Shown here one piece after another: positions 47,320 through 57,548 of a DNA stretch of 64,000 nt. Each line of letters starts with the position of its first letter. Positions within the stretch are counted from its first letter, which is position 1. The stretch is taken from positions 46,818-110,817 of the forward strand of contig JAADVB010000029.1 in NCBI GenBank assembly GCA_023334545.1, given 5' to 3'. The DNA comes from Salisapilia sapeloensis CBS 127946. Lineage: Eukaryota; Protista; Oomycota. The notes under the pieces are model-generated. The model did no database searches and was not told the origin of the DNA. It worked only from the letters and a program-made list of their open reading frames with translations. The position numbers were made by a program, and so were the translations under genes.

Positions 47320-47811
47320 TCATGAATGCCTTCGAAGTAGTGGCAACGGGTCGATGGATCCGGTAAGCGTGCTTGGGGTGCTATCACTACTAGCAAGCAC
47401 TGTATGGACTTGATCCAGCTGATTAAGTCGTTTATTGAGGAGGTAGTGATCTCGTGTATTCATCGGCCTTTGCTGTAAGGATCGCTCCTGGCTCTTGCAA
47501 TTTTTTCCAGATCGATCATCCGATGTCACTGGCTGCTTTTTATTCGTTCGAGTCAAGTCCTGATGAATAGACGAGACTATGGGTGGGCGCAGAGTAGGTA
47601 GAAGAAGCTTTATCTTTGATGAAGATAGGCTTTGCTGCCTTTTAGGAGAGTACATGCCCTTCTTTCCATCTTGATTGCAATACTTTTCACTCTGTTCAAG
47701 CTCCTCATACCGGTGTAGGAAAAAAGATGGAGATGCTGTGGAAATGTCGACGCCAATAAAATCATCATAGCGAAACAACTCTTTGTGCTTATGAAAGAAA
47801 GATAGGTCCAT
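47320..47811 (-). CDS. Hypothetical protein (163 aa)
   Basis: ATG-initiated ORF occupying the gap between two genes; no motif recognised. Confidence 0.45.
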   Translation of the reverse strand: MDLSFFHKHKELFRYDDFIGVDISTASPSFFLHRYEELEQSEKYCNQDGKKGMYSPKRQQSLSSSKIKLLLPTLRPPIVSSIHQDLTRTNKKQPVTSDDRSGKNCKSQERSLQQRPMNTRDHYLLNKRLNQLDQVHTVLASSDSTPSTLTGSIDPLPLLRRHS

Positions 47812-47891
47812 CCGTGTGATTCGACAAGGTGAAATATCAATGAAACGATCCCAGGTCTATTTTCAATCGACCTCTTCCAACTTTTGTCAAG

Positions 47892-48632
47892 ATGGAGCAC
47901 ACGACGTCAATCGATTCGTTTGCTTCCTCATTGTCAATATCAACCTCTGTCCAGATCGGAAATAGCACCTATTCTCCAGGCGATGCTTACGTAGAAGCCA
48001 TTTTACCTCTTCCTTTGACCGATGCTGCCTTGGGCTCGGCGTCCCAGTCGTCACTAAAGAGCGTCAAACAAGGTACATCGAGTTCATCTAGTTTTAGTCG
48101 GAAGAAGAAAGGAAAGCATATGAGTCTAGCAACGCATCCAGCGGTGGTTATAGCAAAGGAGCGATGCCGTTCAGAGGCAAAGACAGGGGATATTCGTATC
48201 GTCACGGATGATGAAGTAGTCGGTGAGTGCGTCGAGGTTGTTGGTCAAGAAGCAGAGATTGTGTTTACTGCACGTAACATATTCCGCTACCTAGTGTTCT
48301 TTGTTAAACACCTCGGTCGATTCATTGACATCAGCATCGGTCTAGTCGATGACAAACAGACATTCCGTCGTATCACGCTTACAAACTCGCGGAGTCTAGC
48401 CAAGGTCGACAACAAGGTGTGTCAGCTACCCCTGGTAACCGGTGATAAGCCAGGATGGAGACATGTCTGCATTGATCTCCAAGATATGACACAGCAAGCG
48501 TTTGGTACCAAACACATGACGACAGCGCAGGTTCGTATACGAGGAACCTGTCGTCTCCTTCGGGCTTACTTTCAAGAAGAAATGTACTATCACGATGAAC
48601 TACCAATCCACCTTCAATTCCAAAGAGCGTAA
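47892..48632 (+). CDS. CFAP20/BUG22-domain (DUF667) protein, divergent paralog
   Basis: YLVFFVKHLGRFIDISIGLVDDKQTFRRITLTN...CQLPL...GWRHVCIDLQDMTQQAFGT...CRLLRAYFQEEMYYHDELP parallels CFAP20 FLVMIIKNLKKYF...LDDKNVRRRF...GWNQI...[20 protein letters not shown]. Confidence 0.8.
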   Translation: MEHTTSIDSFASSLSISTSVQIGNSTYSPGDAYVEAILPLPLTDAALGSASQSSLKSVKQGTSSSSSFSRKKKGKHMSLATHPAVVIAKERCRSEAKTGDIRIVTDDEVVGECVEVVGQEAEIVFTARNIFRYLVFFVKHLGRFIDISIGLVDDKQTFRRITLTNSRSLAKVDNKVCQLPLVTGDKPGWRHVCIDLQDMTQQAFGTKHMTTAQVRIRGTCRLLRAYFQEEMYYHDELPIHLQFQRA

Positions 48633-48685
48633 GGCAAGGCATTTAGTTTTCGTACTGACACAAGACGTCTCTATATTTGCTTTGT

Positions 48686-49487
48686 TTAAGGGATCTCTCG
48701 GTACGGTGTTACGTCACGATAGCACGAGTCAAACACTTTATCGATGCACTCGTCCTCCTGTTGGACATGGGTGTGGTTAGACTAGTCTCTACTTCAATAA
48801 GAATACATCGTGTGCGACTTACTCGTCCTTTGCATGCTTCGTGATTCGCAATTGATAGCTTGGCACGTCGACGCACACAGATCTGCGTTTACAAGTGGTT
48901 ATAAGGGAACTCGTACAACAAGTTGTATGCCACATACCTGATGTTGCTTGGCGACGTTTAAGTTCTTGCGAAGGTATTCGTACTTCCAATTGCAGTCGCC
49001 ACTCAATGCTGCGGCTCGTATCTCACTGCACGCGTAATGCTCGCAATTGTTCCAGTCGATCTTAGCACGACAGTGGTCGAATGCATGAATGAGTTCATGT
49101 GCAACTGTTCGGTCCATCCACTCCTGGTCAGTAATGTGGTTCTGACACAGCAATACCTATCGCCACACGTGTAAGCTGGAATCAGATGACACCATAGACG
49201 AGAGAAGCATACACCAGGTCGACCGTTGTCGTCTAGTTGGAAACCACCATTAATCTCTCCATCACAGTCTTCACTCTTGAAGAACCCAGGTCGCAAAGGG
49301 CATCCCATCTTCTCCATCATATTCACGAGAAATCCAACTCGTGAGCCTACATACCACAATGACTACACTATCCAAGCCATACATACTTTTATATGAACGT
49401 ACATTTTTCCAGTGTCTTCTCACGCATCGATTCACACTTCGCATGACGTTTCTGCTCATCCGTCTGTCCAGCATTACCGCCGGCCAT
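48686..49487 (-). CDS. ATP23: Mitochondrial inner-membrane metalloprotease ATP23, 5 exons
   Basis: LCQNHI...[40 protein letters not shown] (HExxH); spliced [11 protein letters not shown]...[16 protein letters not shown]; TAA at 48686-48688. Confidence 0.92.
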
Positions 49488-49668
49488 TCCCCGTAGGACG
49501 TCCATTCAAATCAAAATGTAATTCGTGTCCAACTTACGTTGTCAATCAGGTCCGTCTCAGTCGTACTTACCTGAAACCACTCGGGATTTGTATCGAAGGA
49601 GCTCGCCACCAAGCAGAAGCGCATTTGCGGTCAAGAAAGCTCGACCCCAAGCAGCCCCTTGATCTACT

Positions 49669-50971
49669 ATGTTCCGCCGATCGACATCGACGCTATTGGC
49701 GCCGCGAGCGCGCATGTTCAGCGCCGCCAAGAAGAAGGGCGACGTCAAGTTCGAGTTCGGCTCGTCCTTCCAGCTCCACCGTATGGTCATTGAGAACAAG
49801 TAGCTCGCACTTTGTGCTCATGTCATGTTCATAGGTCTCGACGAGGGTCCGCAAGAGTACGCCATGAGCAACCGTGAAGAATTGCTCGAGTACTACCGTC
49901 TCATGTACCGCATGCGTCGTATGGAAATCACTTGTGACAACGAATACAAGGTATAAGCACGAGCTTCTTCGGTCATCTCTAGCAACTCAATTTCCCTCCT
50001 AGGCGCGTAACATTCGTGGTTTCTGCCACTTGTACGACGGCCAAGAAGCCGTCGCAACTGGTGTCGAAGCTGCGCTCGACCGCACTGACTCGTGGATCAC
50101 ATCCTACCGTAGCCACTGCATCATGCTTGCTCGCGGAGGCAACGTCAAGAGCATCTTAGGTGAACTCTTCGGTTCTGCCGCTGGTGCCATTGACGGCAAG
50201 GGTGGTTCGATGCACTTCTACAACAAAGAGAACAACTTCTACGGTGGTCAGGGTATCGTCGGCGCCCAAGTGCCCGTCGGAGCCGGTCTCGCTTTCGCCA
50301 ACAAGTACAACCACAAGGGTGACGGCCTGATGCCGTGTGCCATCACCATGTTCGGAGATGGTGCCGCCAACCAAGGTCAGGTCTGGGAAGCTGCCAACAT
50401 GGCAGCGCTCTGGAAGCTCCCGGCCATCTTCTGCATTGAGAACAACCAGTATGGCATGGGTACGTCCGTCGAGCGTTCATCGAGCAACACCGAGTACTAC
50501 ACGATGGGTAACAAGATCCCTGGTATCAAGTGCGACGGTATGGACGTCTTGGCTGTGCGTGAGTGCGCTAAGTTCCTCAAGAAGTGGACTGGCGAAGGCA
50601 ACGGACCGATCTACGTCGAAATGAACACGTACCGATACCACGGTCACTCTATGTCCGACCCTGGTGTCACCTACCGTGACCGTGAAGAGGTGTCGCAGAT
50701 GCGTGCTGCTCGCGACCCGATCGAGCTCACCAAGAAGCGCATGCTAGACCACAACCTCGCGACGTCGGACGAGCTCAAGGAGATTGAGAAGGAGATCCGT
50801 GCCGAAGTGACGCAGGCCACCAAGGAAGCTAAGGCTGCCGGCGAACCGAGCCCCGAGATCGCCACCAAGGACGTGTACACGGACGGCAACGGCGGCAACG
50901 AGTACCCTCCGTTCGTCCGCTTCCCGGACTACGCCAAGAGCATCTTTTACGGCAAGCCCAAGGCTCCCTAA
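49669..50971 (+). CDS. PDHA1: Pyruvate dehydrogenase E1 alpha subunit, mitochondrial, 3 exons
   Basis: Presequence [18 protein letters not shown]; [14 protein letters not shown]|[16 protein letters not shown]; GKGGSMH; [17 protein letters not shown] (TPP motif); [13 protein letters not shown]. Confidence 0.96.
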
Positions 50972-51058
50972 GCGTCTCTTCTCGATATTTTGAAACGAAT
51001 ATACGAAGAGCGACAAGCTTTTGCACCAAACTGTATTGCTTAACTTATATACGACGAG

Positions 51059-52942
51059 CTACATGCTCTCCTGCGACCCGCTCCCGGCTTGTTGCAGTTG
51101 AGCGTCCACGACAGCACTCTCTGTCTGGATGGCTTCGACGGATTGAGACAAGAGCAGCACTTGACGCTCGAGCTCGATCTTATTCGAAGAGTGCTTGTTG
51201 TTGGATGGGTGACTAATGTCCGTTGCAGGAACCTTGTCCAGTATCCCGGCAGCATCTAAAGCTCTTCGTCGCTGCTCATACATCTGGATGCGGTTCTTGG
51301 ACAACCGACGAGCTCGTTGTGCAATTTTATTCGCTAAACGTGCTTGCTCGATAATACCAGACGCATGCTTCCGAGCGCATTCGAATACTTCCATAGCGTC
51401 TTCGTCGTATAACGATAGATGGACGTTTGGTAGTGGTGATGACAGATCGTCGGAAGAGCAGGGAGATACGGTCGGACTGTCGATGGATGACAAGTGGCCA
51501 GAATCATCCGTCCCGAGGTCACTGTAGTCATCACTTTGCGTCACGACCGAGCGCTCGCTTTCAGGACTATTACGCATCTTATACTGTCGAAAGGCTTCGA
51601 TTGAAATGGCTAGGTCGGCTGGACTGCCTCGACGACGAGATGCAAAGAGCGACGAGCCCTTGCACTTGACTAGTCCGTCGCTGAACGATCGATGAGGAAA
51701 GCTTGCTTTCGGTAGCAACGGTGTGTCTGCTGCCTCGGAGAACATCTTGTACTCGTTCAAGCGCTTCTTGACGGAATCCATCAAGTCGTCATAAGATCGA
51801 CGCTTACGAGCGCTGTCGATACGCTTCATCGACTTGACACTAGAGCTTGGAGACAGATCGCTGCTATGAACGGAGGATGTGTCACAAGACTGCATCTGGC
51901 GAGAAGTGCTACGAGCCTCCAAGACACACGCAGTACACACCCGTAGCTGCCTCTCACCCACATCCGGTACACGTGCATTACGCAGAGAGCTACAGCTACT
52001 ACAGATGCGTTGTCCACACTTGAGGCAATTGTACTTGCGACGAAGGACACAGAAACTCTTCTCACAGATACGACAGTGATCGAGTTCGCTGACAGGAATA
52101 GCTTGCTGAGGTAAGACGATACTCTCCTGATGTGCTCGGAACGTCTCAACGTACTTAAGGAACCCATTGACACTCTTGTCAACATGAGATTGGATGGCCG
52201 AGTTGGCTGCCCATGCTGGTAGGTCTCCACCTTGAGCAAAGGAGCAAGTGTAACTCAGCCTTAACTCTCCTGGTTTCTTCGTTTCGTGACACATAAAGGC
52301 AAAGAGAGGTACAACATCTCGGCAGTACTTGCTACTTTCTGAGAATCGAGAGTCATTCGGAAGATCAACGGACTCGGTTACACGCAACGCAGCCTTCTGG
52401 CCATTCGCGTCTTCGATCAAATCGACGTACTCGAGCATGACCAAGTCTCGGTCCTTTGTGAAGGTACGAGGACTCTTATACGCTGCCCATTTCAACGAAA
52501 CGTATCGATGAGGAGCCTCTGGAGTCGGCTCGAGAATGTTCTCGAGCACAGCTCCGTCTAAAAAGTCACTCGACAGGAGCCCCATCATCTTTTTATACGA
52601 CTCAGTTGTGTTCGTGATCATGGACTCAGCTACGTCCTCGATGTTACAACTGAATTTGGATACGGCATGGACATTGCACGGGACGTCGCAGTCGGCTCGA
52701 AAGAGCGACATGCCGTGTCGTTCATGGACAAGTCTCCATGGGACGCCTCCGAGCATATCTGTCGTCTCCAGTAGTCGTTCAGTCATGCCTTTGGCCACGT
52801 GAGCAAGTCGTTCACGCTCCTTGTCGCTGACAAAGTCGTCCGTTTGGAGCAGCGCTTCCGCCAACGTAGCGTCCGAGTCCAACGTGTAGACATCTGGATG
52901 TGCTACGAGGGACTCGACCTTGTACTGCGAGTGAAACTGCAT
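51059..52942 (-). CDS. START-like lipid-binding domain plus FYVE-type zinc finger protein
   Basis: START-like core (WRLVHERHGMSLF...DFLDGAVLENI...LKWAAYKSP..TKDRDLVMLEY); FYVE-like CRICEKSFCVLRRKYNCLKCGQRICSSCS...RVCTAC; ATG 52942 (MQFHSQY). Confidence 0.8.
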   Translation of the reverse strand: MQFHSQYKVESLVAHPDVYTLDSDATLAEALLQTDDFVSDKERERLAHVAKGMTERLLETTDMLGGVPWRLVHERHGMSLFRADCDVPCNVHAVSKFSCNIEDVAESMITNTTESYKKMMGLLSSDFLDGAVLENILEPTPEAPHRYVSLKWAAYKSPRTFTKDRDLVMLEYVDLIEDANGQKAALRVTESVDLPNDSRFSESSKYCRDVVPLFAFMCHETKKPGELRLSYTCSFAQGGDLPAWAANSAIQSHVDKSVNGFLKYVETFRAHQESIVLPQQAIPVSELDHCRICEKSFCVLRRKYNCLKCGQRICSSCSSLRNARVPDVGERQLRVCTACVLEARSTSRQMQSCDTSSVHSSDLSPSSSVKSMKRIDSARKRRSYDDLMDSVKKRLNEYKMFSEAADTPLLPKASFPHRSFSDGLVKCKGSSLFASRRRGSPADLAISIEAFRQYKMRNSPESERSVVTQSDDYSDLGTDDSGHLSSIDSPTVSPCSSDDLSSPLPNVHLSLYDEDAMEVFECARKHASGIIEQARLANKIAQRARRLSKNRIQMYEQRRRALDAAGILDKVPATDISHPSNNKHSSNKIELERQVLLLSQSVEAIQTESAVVDAQLQQAGSGSQESM

Positions 52943-53177
52943 GGTGCTGTTGCAATCGGTTGGAAGATGGCGGAATGAAGCAAGGAAAGACACCTGGGCG
53001 TCCACTGACGTGCCGTCCCAACCCAGACCAAGTAGAAAAAAGTAAAAGCTAATTCTTCCTTTTCGAAACGAGCAGGCGACGACTTCCTGGCGACGCTCTG
53101 GACATCTCCACGTCGGGACTTGCCGTAGAAGAATAAGTAACTGACCATTAAACTTAAAAGAGCATATTCTCATGTTG

Positions 53178-54508
53178 TTATCGACTCGAGTTCGGCTGAT
53201 CTACTGGCGGACCACCGATGCCATAGGCGCAGATTAAACACTCTTGACTTTGCCAATGATACGATCCGTTCGAGACGTCAAAGCCGACGGAGAATTCAGC
53301 ACAATATCGATCGTACAGAGCTTCCCACTCTTTCAAAGCTACAATCTCGTACTGCTTGGATCTTGTGATGCCGAATCTAGCGCACGTAGATAAATATAGG
53401 AACAATTACACAATAAAGAATGACGGATGTACCCTTGCGTCGTCTGTAGAGACTGCTCGAGGGAAAAGCCTGAGAGGAACATGGTGATGTAGGGAGGGAT
53501 GATAGACCGTTTGTGGGCGAGACACACGAGCTCGGCGTTTAAGATTGGTCCAGGCATATCATCCGACAGACTTTGGACATACTTGCGCCATCTCGTCAGC
53601 CACTTCTTTGGCACGAGATAGTATGACTTGCCAGATGCATTCCGTAAATTCACACGAGTATTCCCTCTCGTTGAATCCGGGGAAAAGAGTTCTTTCGGAT
53701 ACCCCGTCTTGCGGAAAAGGAGGTCGAAGAGAGCGTTTGAGCCATTGATCTCATTCGCAAATCGCTCAGTCTTGCGTCGATTCGTTTCTTCATCCTGTGC
53801 ATCGATTTCCTGTCGACATTTATAGCACTCTTGTGCGTCTAAAGCAAAGCTCTTTAAATCTCCTGTGAATATATCTACTTTGTCTACAGTAGCTTCTGGT
53901 AGTATCGCTCGTTTCGAATGACCGATGCATCTACTTGCAGGTAGAAGCTGCAAGTGGCTGCACATGATAAGCTCGCCTGCTTCTCGACATGCTTCTGCTT
54001 GTTTGTCGTGAAAACCTGTCCAGGGCTTGGCACTGGAAGGTGTAAGAATCTGTGTCGCTTGCTTCCCTCTAGGCTTTCGCTTCTTGGCTGCTCGCTCCCT
54101 TTGCTGCTGCTTCTTCTTCGTGTCACGAAACTGTGTGATGTACTGCTCGTACAAGAGCGCTCGCTTGCGCCATGCGGACACCCATGCCTTGCTTACGAGC
54201 ACCGAAGACGATGCTTGCCAACTACCAGCATCCTCGAAAGAACCCATTGGCGTACTGGTCAATACCTGCTTGACATACAGTACTTCAGCAGCGCGTATTG
54301 TGAGTGCATTCCGCGGCCAACGAGCATCATCGCTGCGTAAGAAGCCGACGACGTGACCATAGTCCTGTGCGATCACATACTCGATAGCGTCCTTTACGGT
54401 CGAAGATAGAGTGGACAAGGCTCTACAGGTCATTGCCACATGCCCAACGTCCCGTGCTGTAAGACACTTGAAGACCGAGGACAATGCAGTGGCTGGTAGA
54501 TGCTCCAT
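53178..54508 (-). CDS. F-box-like N-terminus plus USP48-type DUSP-like domains, 2 exons
   Basis: MEHLPATALSSVFKCLTARDVGHVAMTCRAL fits the F-box pattern. VLVSKAWVSAWRK and YYLVPKKWLTRWRKYV...PGPILNAELVCLAH are DUSP-like. An intron of about 55 nt near 53370-53425 leads to GFGITRSKQYEIVALKEWEALY. Confidence 0.6.
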
Positions 54509-54563
54509 GCCTGATGAGATTCGCAGTGTGAAAACAACTTCACTTTTGTATGCAATAGACGAG

Positions 54564-57215
54564 ATGGCGAATGGAGAGCACTGGAGACTGCAGCTAGCAC
54601 CAGTAACTGACCCTCGTGCTGCCATTGCTCCAGCTACGTGGACTGCTAGCTCTACTAGGGATGCCATTGTAAAAACGCAGCCTCGTGTTCTGCATTGCAT
54701 TGAAGGACAAGCAGTCAAGGTACTCCGAAAGCTCTTCAGCTTGCTGATCTACCTCGCATAGCTCATTTATTATGTTGATAGCTGGTCATTCGGTCGAACA
54801 TCCCTATTGTCAGCTTTACAATGCACCAGAGTCATTACCATGTCCTCGTGGCGACTGCAGACGGCACGATCTGGGAAGTTTATCCGCCGATGGACCAACT
54901 ATACGTCATGAAGACCATCGATCTATCTGCTGCACAGGACTCTAAGCTCTTTAAAGTAGTTGGAACTATACCTGGCGTACAAGCGATTTTTTGCGTACAG
55001 CATGCTAACCTACCAGTGGTAGTATGCACGAGCTACCTCAGTCCGACGACCTTACTTTATGGTAACGACTTCTCTTCTTCGTTAGAAGTAAACGAGTTAG
55101 AAGGAGACCAGTCGACTACTCTACTAGCTCTAAGTGGTACTGACCAAGTGTATCAACCACTACTTTCATGGTTGTTTCCTCATACGGACGTAAACAGCAA
55201 AATCGTTTTATTCCAGGGCGATGTGGATGCATCACTTCGCTTCGCACTCGTTAGCAGAGATAAGAATGAGCTCAAGATAGAGCAAAGCAAGGTGTTCCTG
55301 CGTACTCAGCACGCTATCCATCACATCATGACGTTTGCATCTTCATCTGATGGAAAGATAGATTCTATACTCGTACTCGGCGCGAAAGGAGGTGTATCTA
55401 TCTTGACACCTCCGACAGCAGAACATACAACTTCTCCAGTAGAAAGCTCTGTCTTTGCCTTTCGCGCACCAGTAAAGGATATAGTCTATATTCCTTCCAT
55501 ATCGTCTTTCATCTATTGTTACCGAGGCAAAATCTTCGTCCTTAAAGCCTCCGACGTGATGGCACAGCGAAAGCGAACGGCACAACATGCTGACTTACGC
55601 CAACTACTTGACTACTTTGCAGCTCAGCTACCACTTCCATCAGACTGTGTTGCCCTATCATGGCATGCATCAGCCACTTCCCTCTACCTACTCGCCCGAA
55701 GTGGTCGTGTGACTGGGATACATTCAGCAGCTTTAACCGAAATGCTGCAAAGCGTGTTTCCATCTACATCGACAGTACCTAGCGAGTCTTCTACGCAATC
55801 TCGCATCAAGTCGACGTTAGAACGTATTGGACAGATCTCGTCCGAGTCATACGACCTCCGGTCGAGATCGTCATCGCTAGACGATACGCTCCGACGTCTC
55901 CACTCAGCACTCCAAGTACTAGCTCACTTTAAAACCAAAGGTTTCCTTCACATGCCATATACATCGCATATGAATATATTAACAGGATGCTCTAGGTGCT
56001 GTATCGATCGTCGGATGGCATGTCAAGCCAACGCTTGTGGCTACAGGAAGCTTTTCACATAGAAATACAGTCCATCTAGCCTGTCAAGTACGTCTCCATG
56101 GCTGTGAAAAGTATATACAAGACCAACCAGCATGGTCTTTCCATATAAACCTCCGTACAAGAGCGACAAACTATGCAAACTATGTGATTCCAGTGGAAGA
56201 TCAGCTTTGGAAGGAGTCTTTCCAGGACATTGAGATCCTATTAGATGCTGACATGCTCCTGCTTGAGACAGATGGAGTCCTCACCATGTCCTGTGGACTC
56301 GTCTTTGAGTCGGACGCTACTGCCACGGACGCAGTACGCTTTGAACTACCGATCGTAGTCAAGCATACGATCCACCTCGCACAAGTAAGCGAGTTGATGG
56401 ATGAAAAAGCCATAAAAGACACATCAACAGACGCAAGGGTAGATCCGAGTCTAACTCAGTGGTCACTTGTGGCTTCTAATGCCAAGAACTCGGTGCTGAC
56501 CACTGCATTGCAAGACCTATCAGCACTACCCTCTTCCGCTCGCATGTCCATTACACTTCCCATCTACGCTCCAAATGGTGGCAATCGGGAAGATGTGGAT
56601 GAGGCTGTGGTTGGTATCATCTCTCAGCTCATCGATGCAGACGATGAGCATGTCCGGGAGTTTATCCATTCGAGCCACGGCAAGGTCTCCGTTACCTTCA
56701 GATCCAGTCATGGACACGTCCTGTCGCTCCGTGGCGCGTTTAGTGGTATCTCGAGTCTCCCAGGGCTTCGTCCGTTCCAGCTGACGTTACAGAGCGGAGA
56801 TCAGCGCCAGCTTGCCTCGGTTCGGCCATTTTCTTTCTTGTCCTGTATAAGTGTGAAGGATGTCAATTGTGTGTCGTAGGTTCGTGCGAGGTTACTCGTG
56901 GTCCTGAGTGCGCTGCAAGATACTGGCTTCTTGCTGTCTAAAGAGCGTGCAGCGCAGTTGGGCGTTGAGATCCATCCTTATAAAGCCGAATTAGCACAGC
57001 TGGAGACGACCGTGCAGGTATCTTATCTCCTTGCAATGATCTAAATATCAGGCTCATGGATACTCGGATAGAATGTTACGCAGTGCTCTTTGGCACATGG
57101 AGATACAGTCTCGAGCGACGAGTTGATTCGTCGCGTGGCAGCGGTTGCTCAAGTCGAGATCGAAGCGATGCAGACCTATTTTCGGACACGGGTACTCGTG
57201 AACCAACTTTCTTAG
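54564..57215 (+). CDS. FAAP100-like (Fanconi anemia core complex) beta-propeller/coiled-coil protein, about 5 exons
   Basis: LFPHTD...IVLFQGDVDASLRF...DSILVLGAKGGVSIL and QSRIKSTLERIGQISSESYDLRSRSSSLDDTLRRLHSALQV resemble recalled FAAP100 segments (VLCGLPDGQL...CLVAFGHHGRMLAI; KIKELLSGIGNISERVSFLKKAVDQRNKAL). First intron at about 54721-54781 is in frame. Confidence 0.6.
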
Positions 57216-57548
57216 AACGTACCTCCTATCACTGCCACCCAAGCGTAGCTGGCATCGTCCTCTCGTTCTTAACAAAATGCCAATACGCGATTAAAAGTGA
57301 ATTTAGTCTCGCCAAAGTGTTACTTTGCTCGCCCCTTCCGTCTGTTTTGCTCCGTCTCTCGGTCAAGATGTCACCCTCGCGTGTCCAAAAGAGTCGACCA
57401 GATTCCGTCTCGTGTCAAATGTTACGTACATGTACTCCTGTTTTGGCACGAGCAGAAGAGCGTCGTTTGAGGCACAGTTCATTAGCCAATTCGTCACGGC
57501 AGCGAGCTTCGTGCGCTTCATTCTTGCTATAAGTCCAGATAGAAGACC

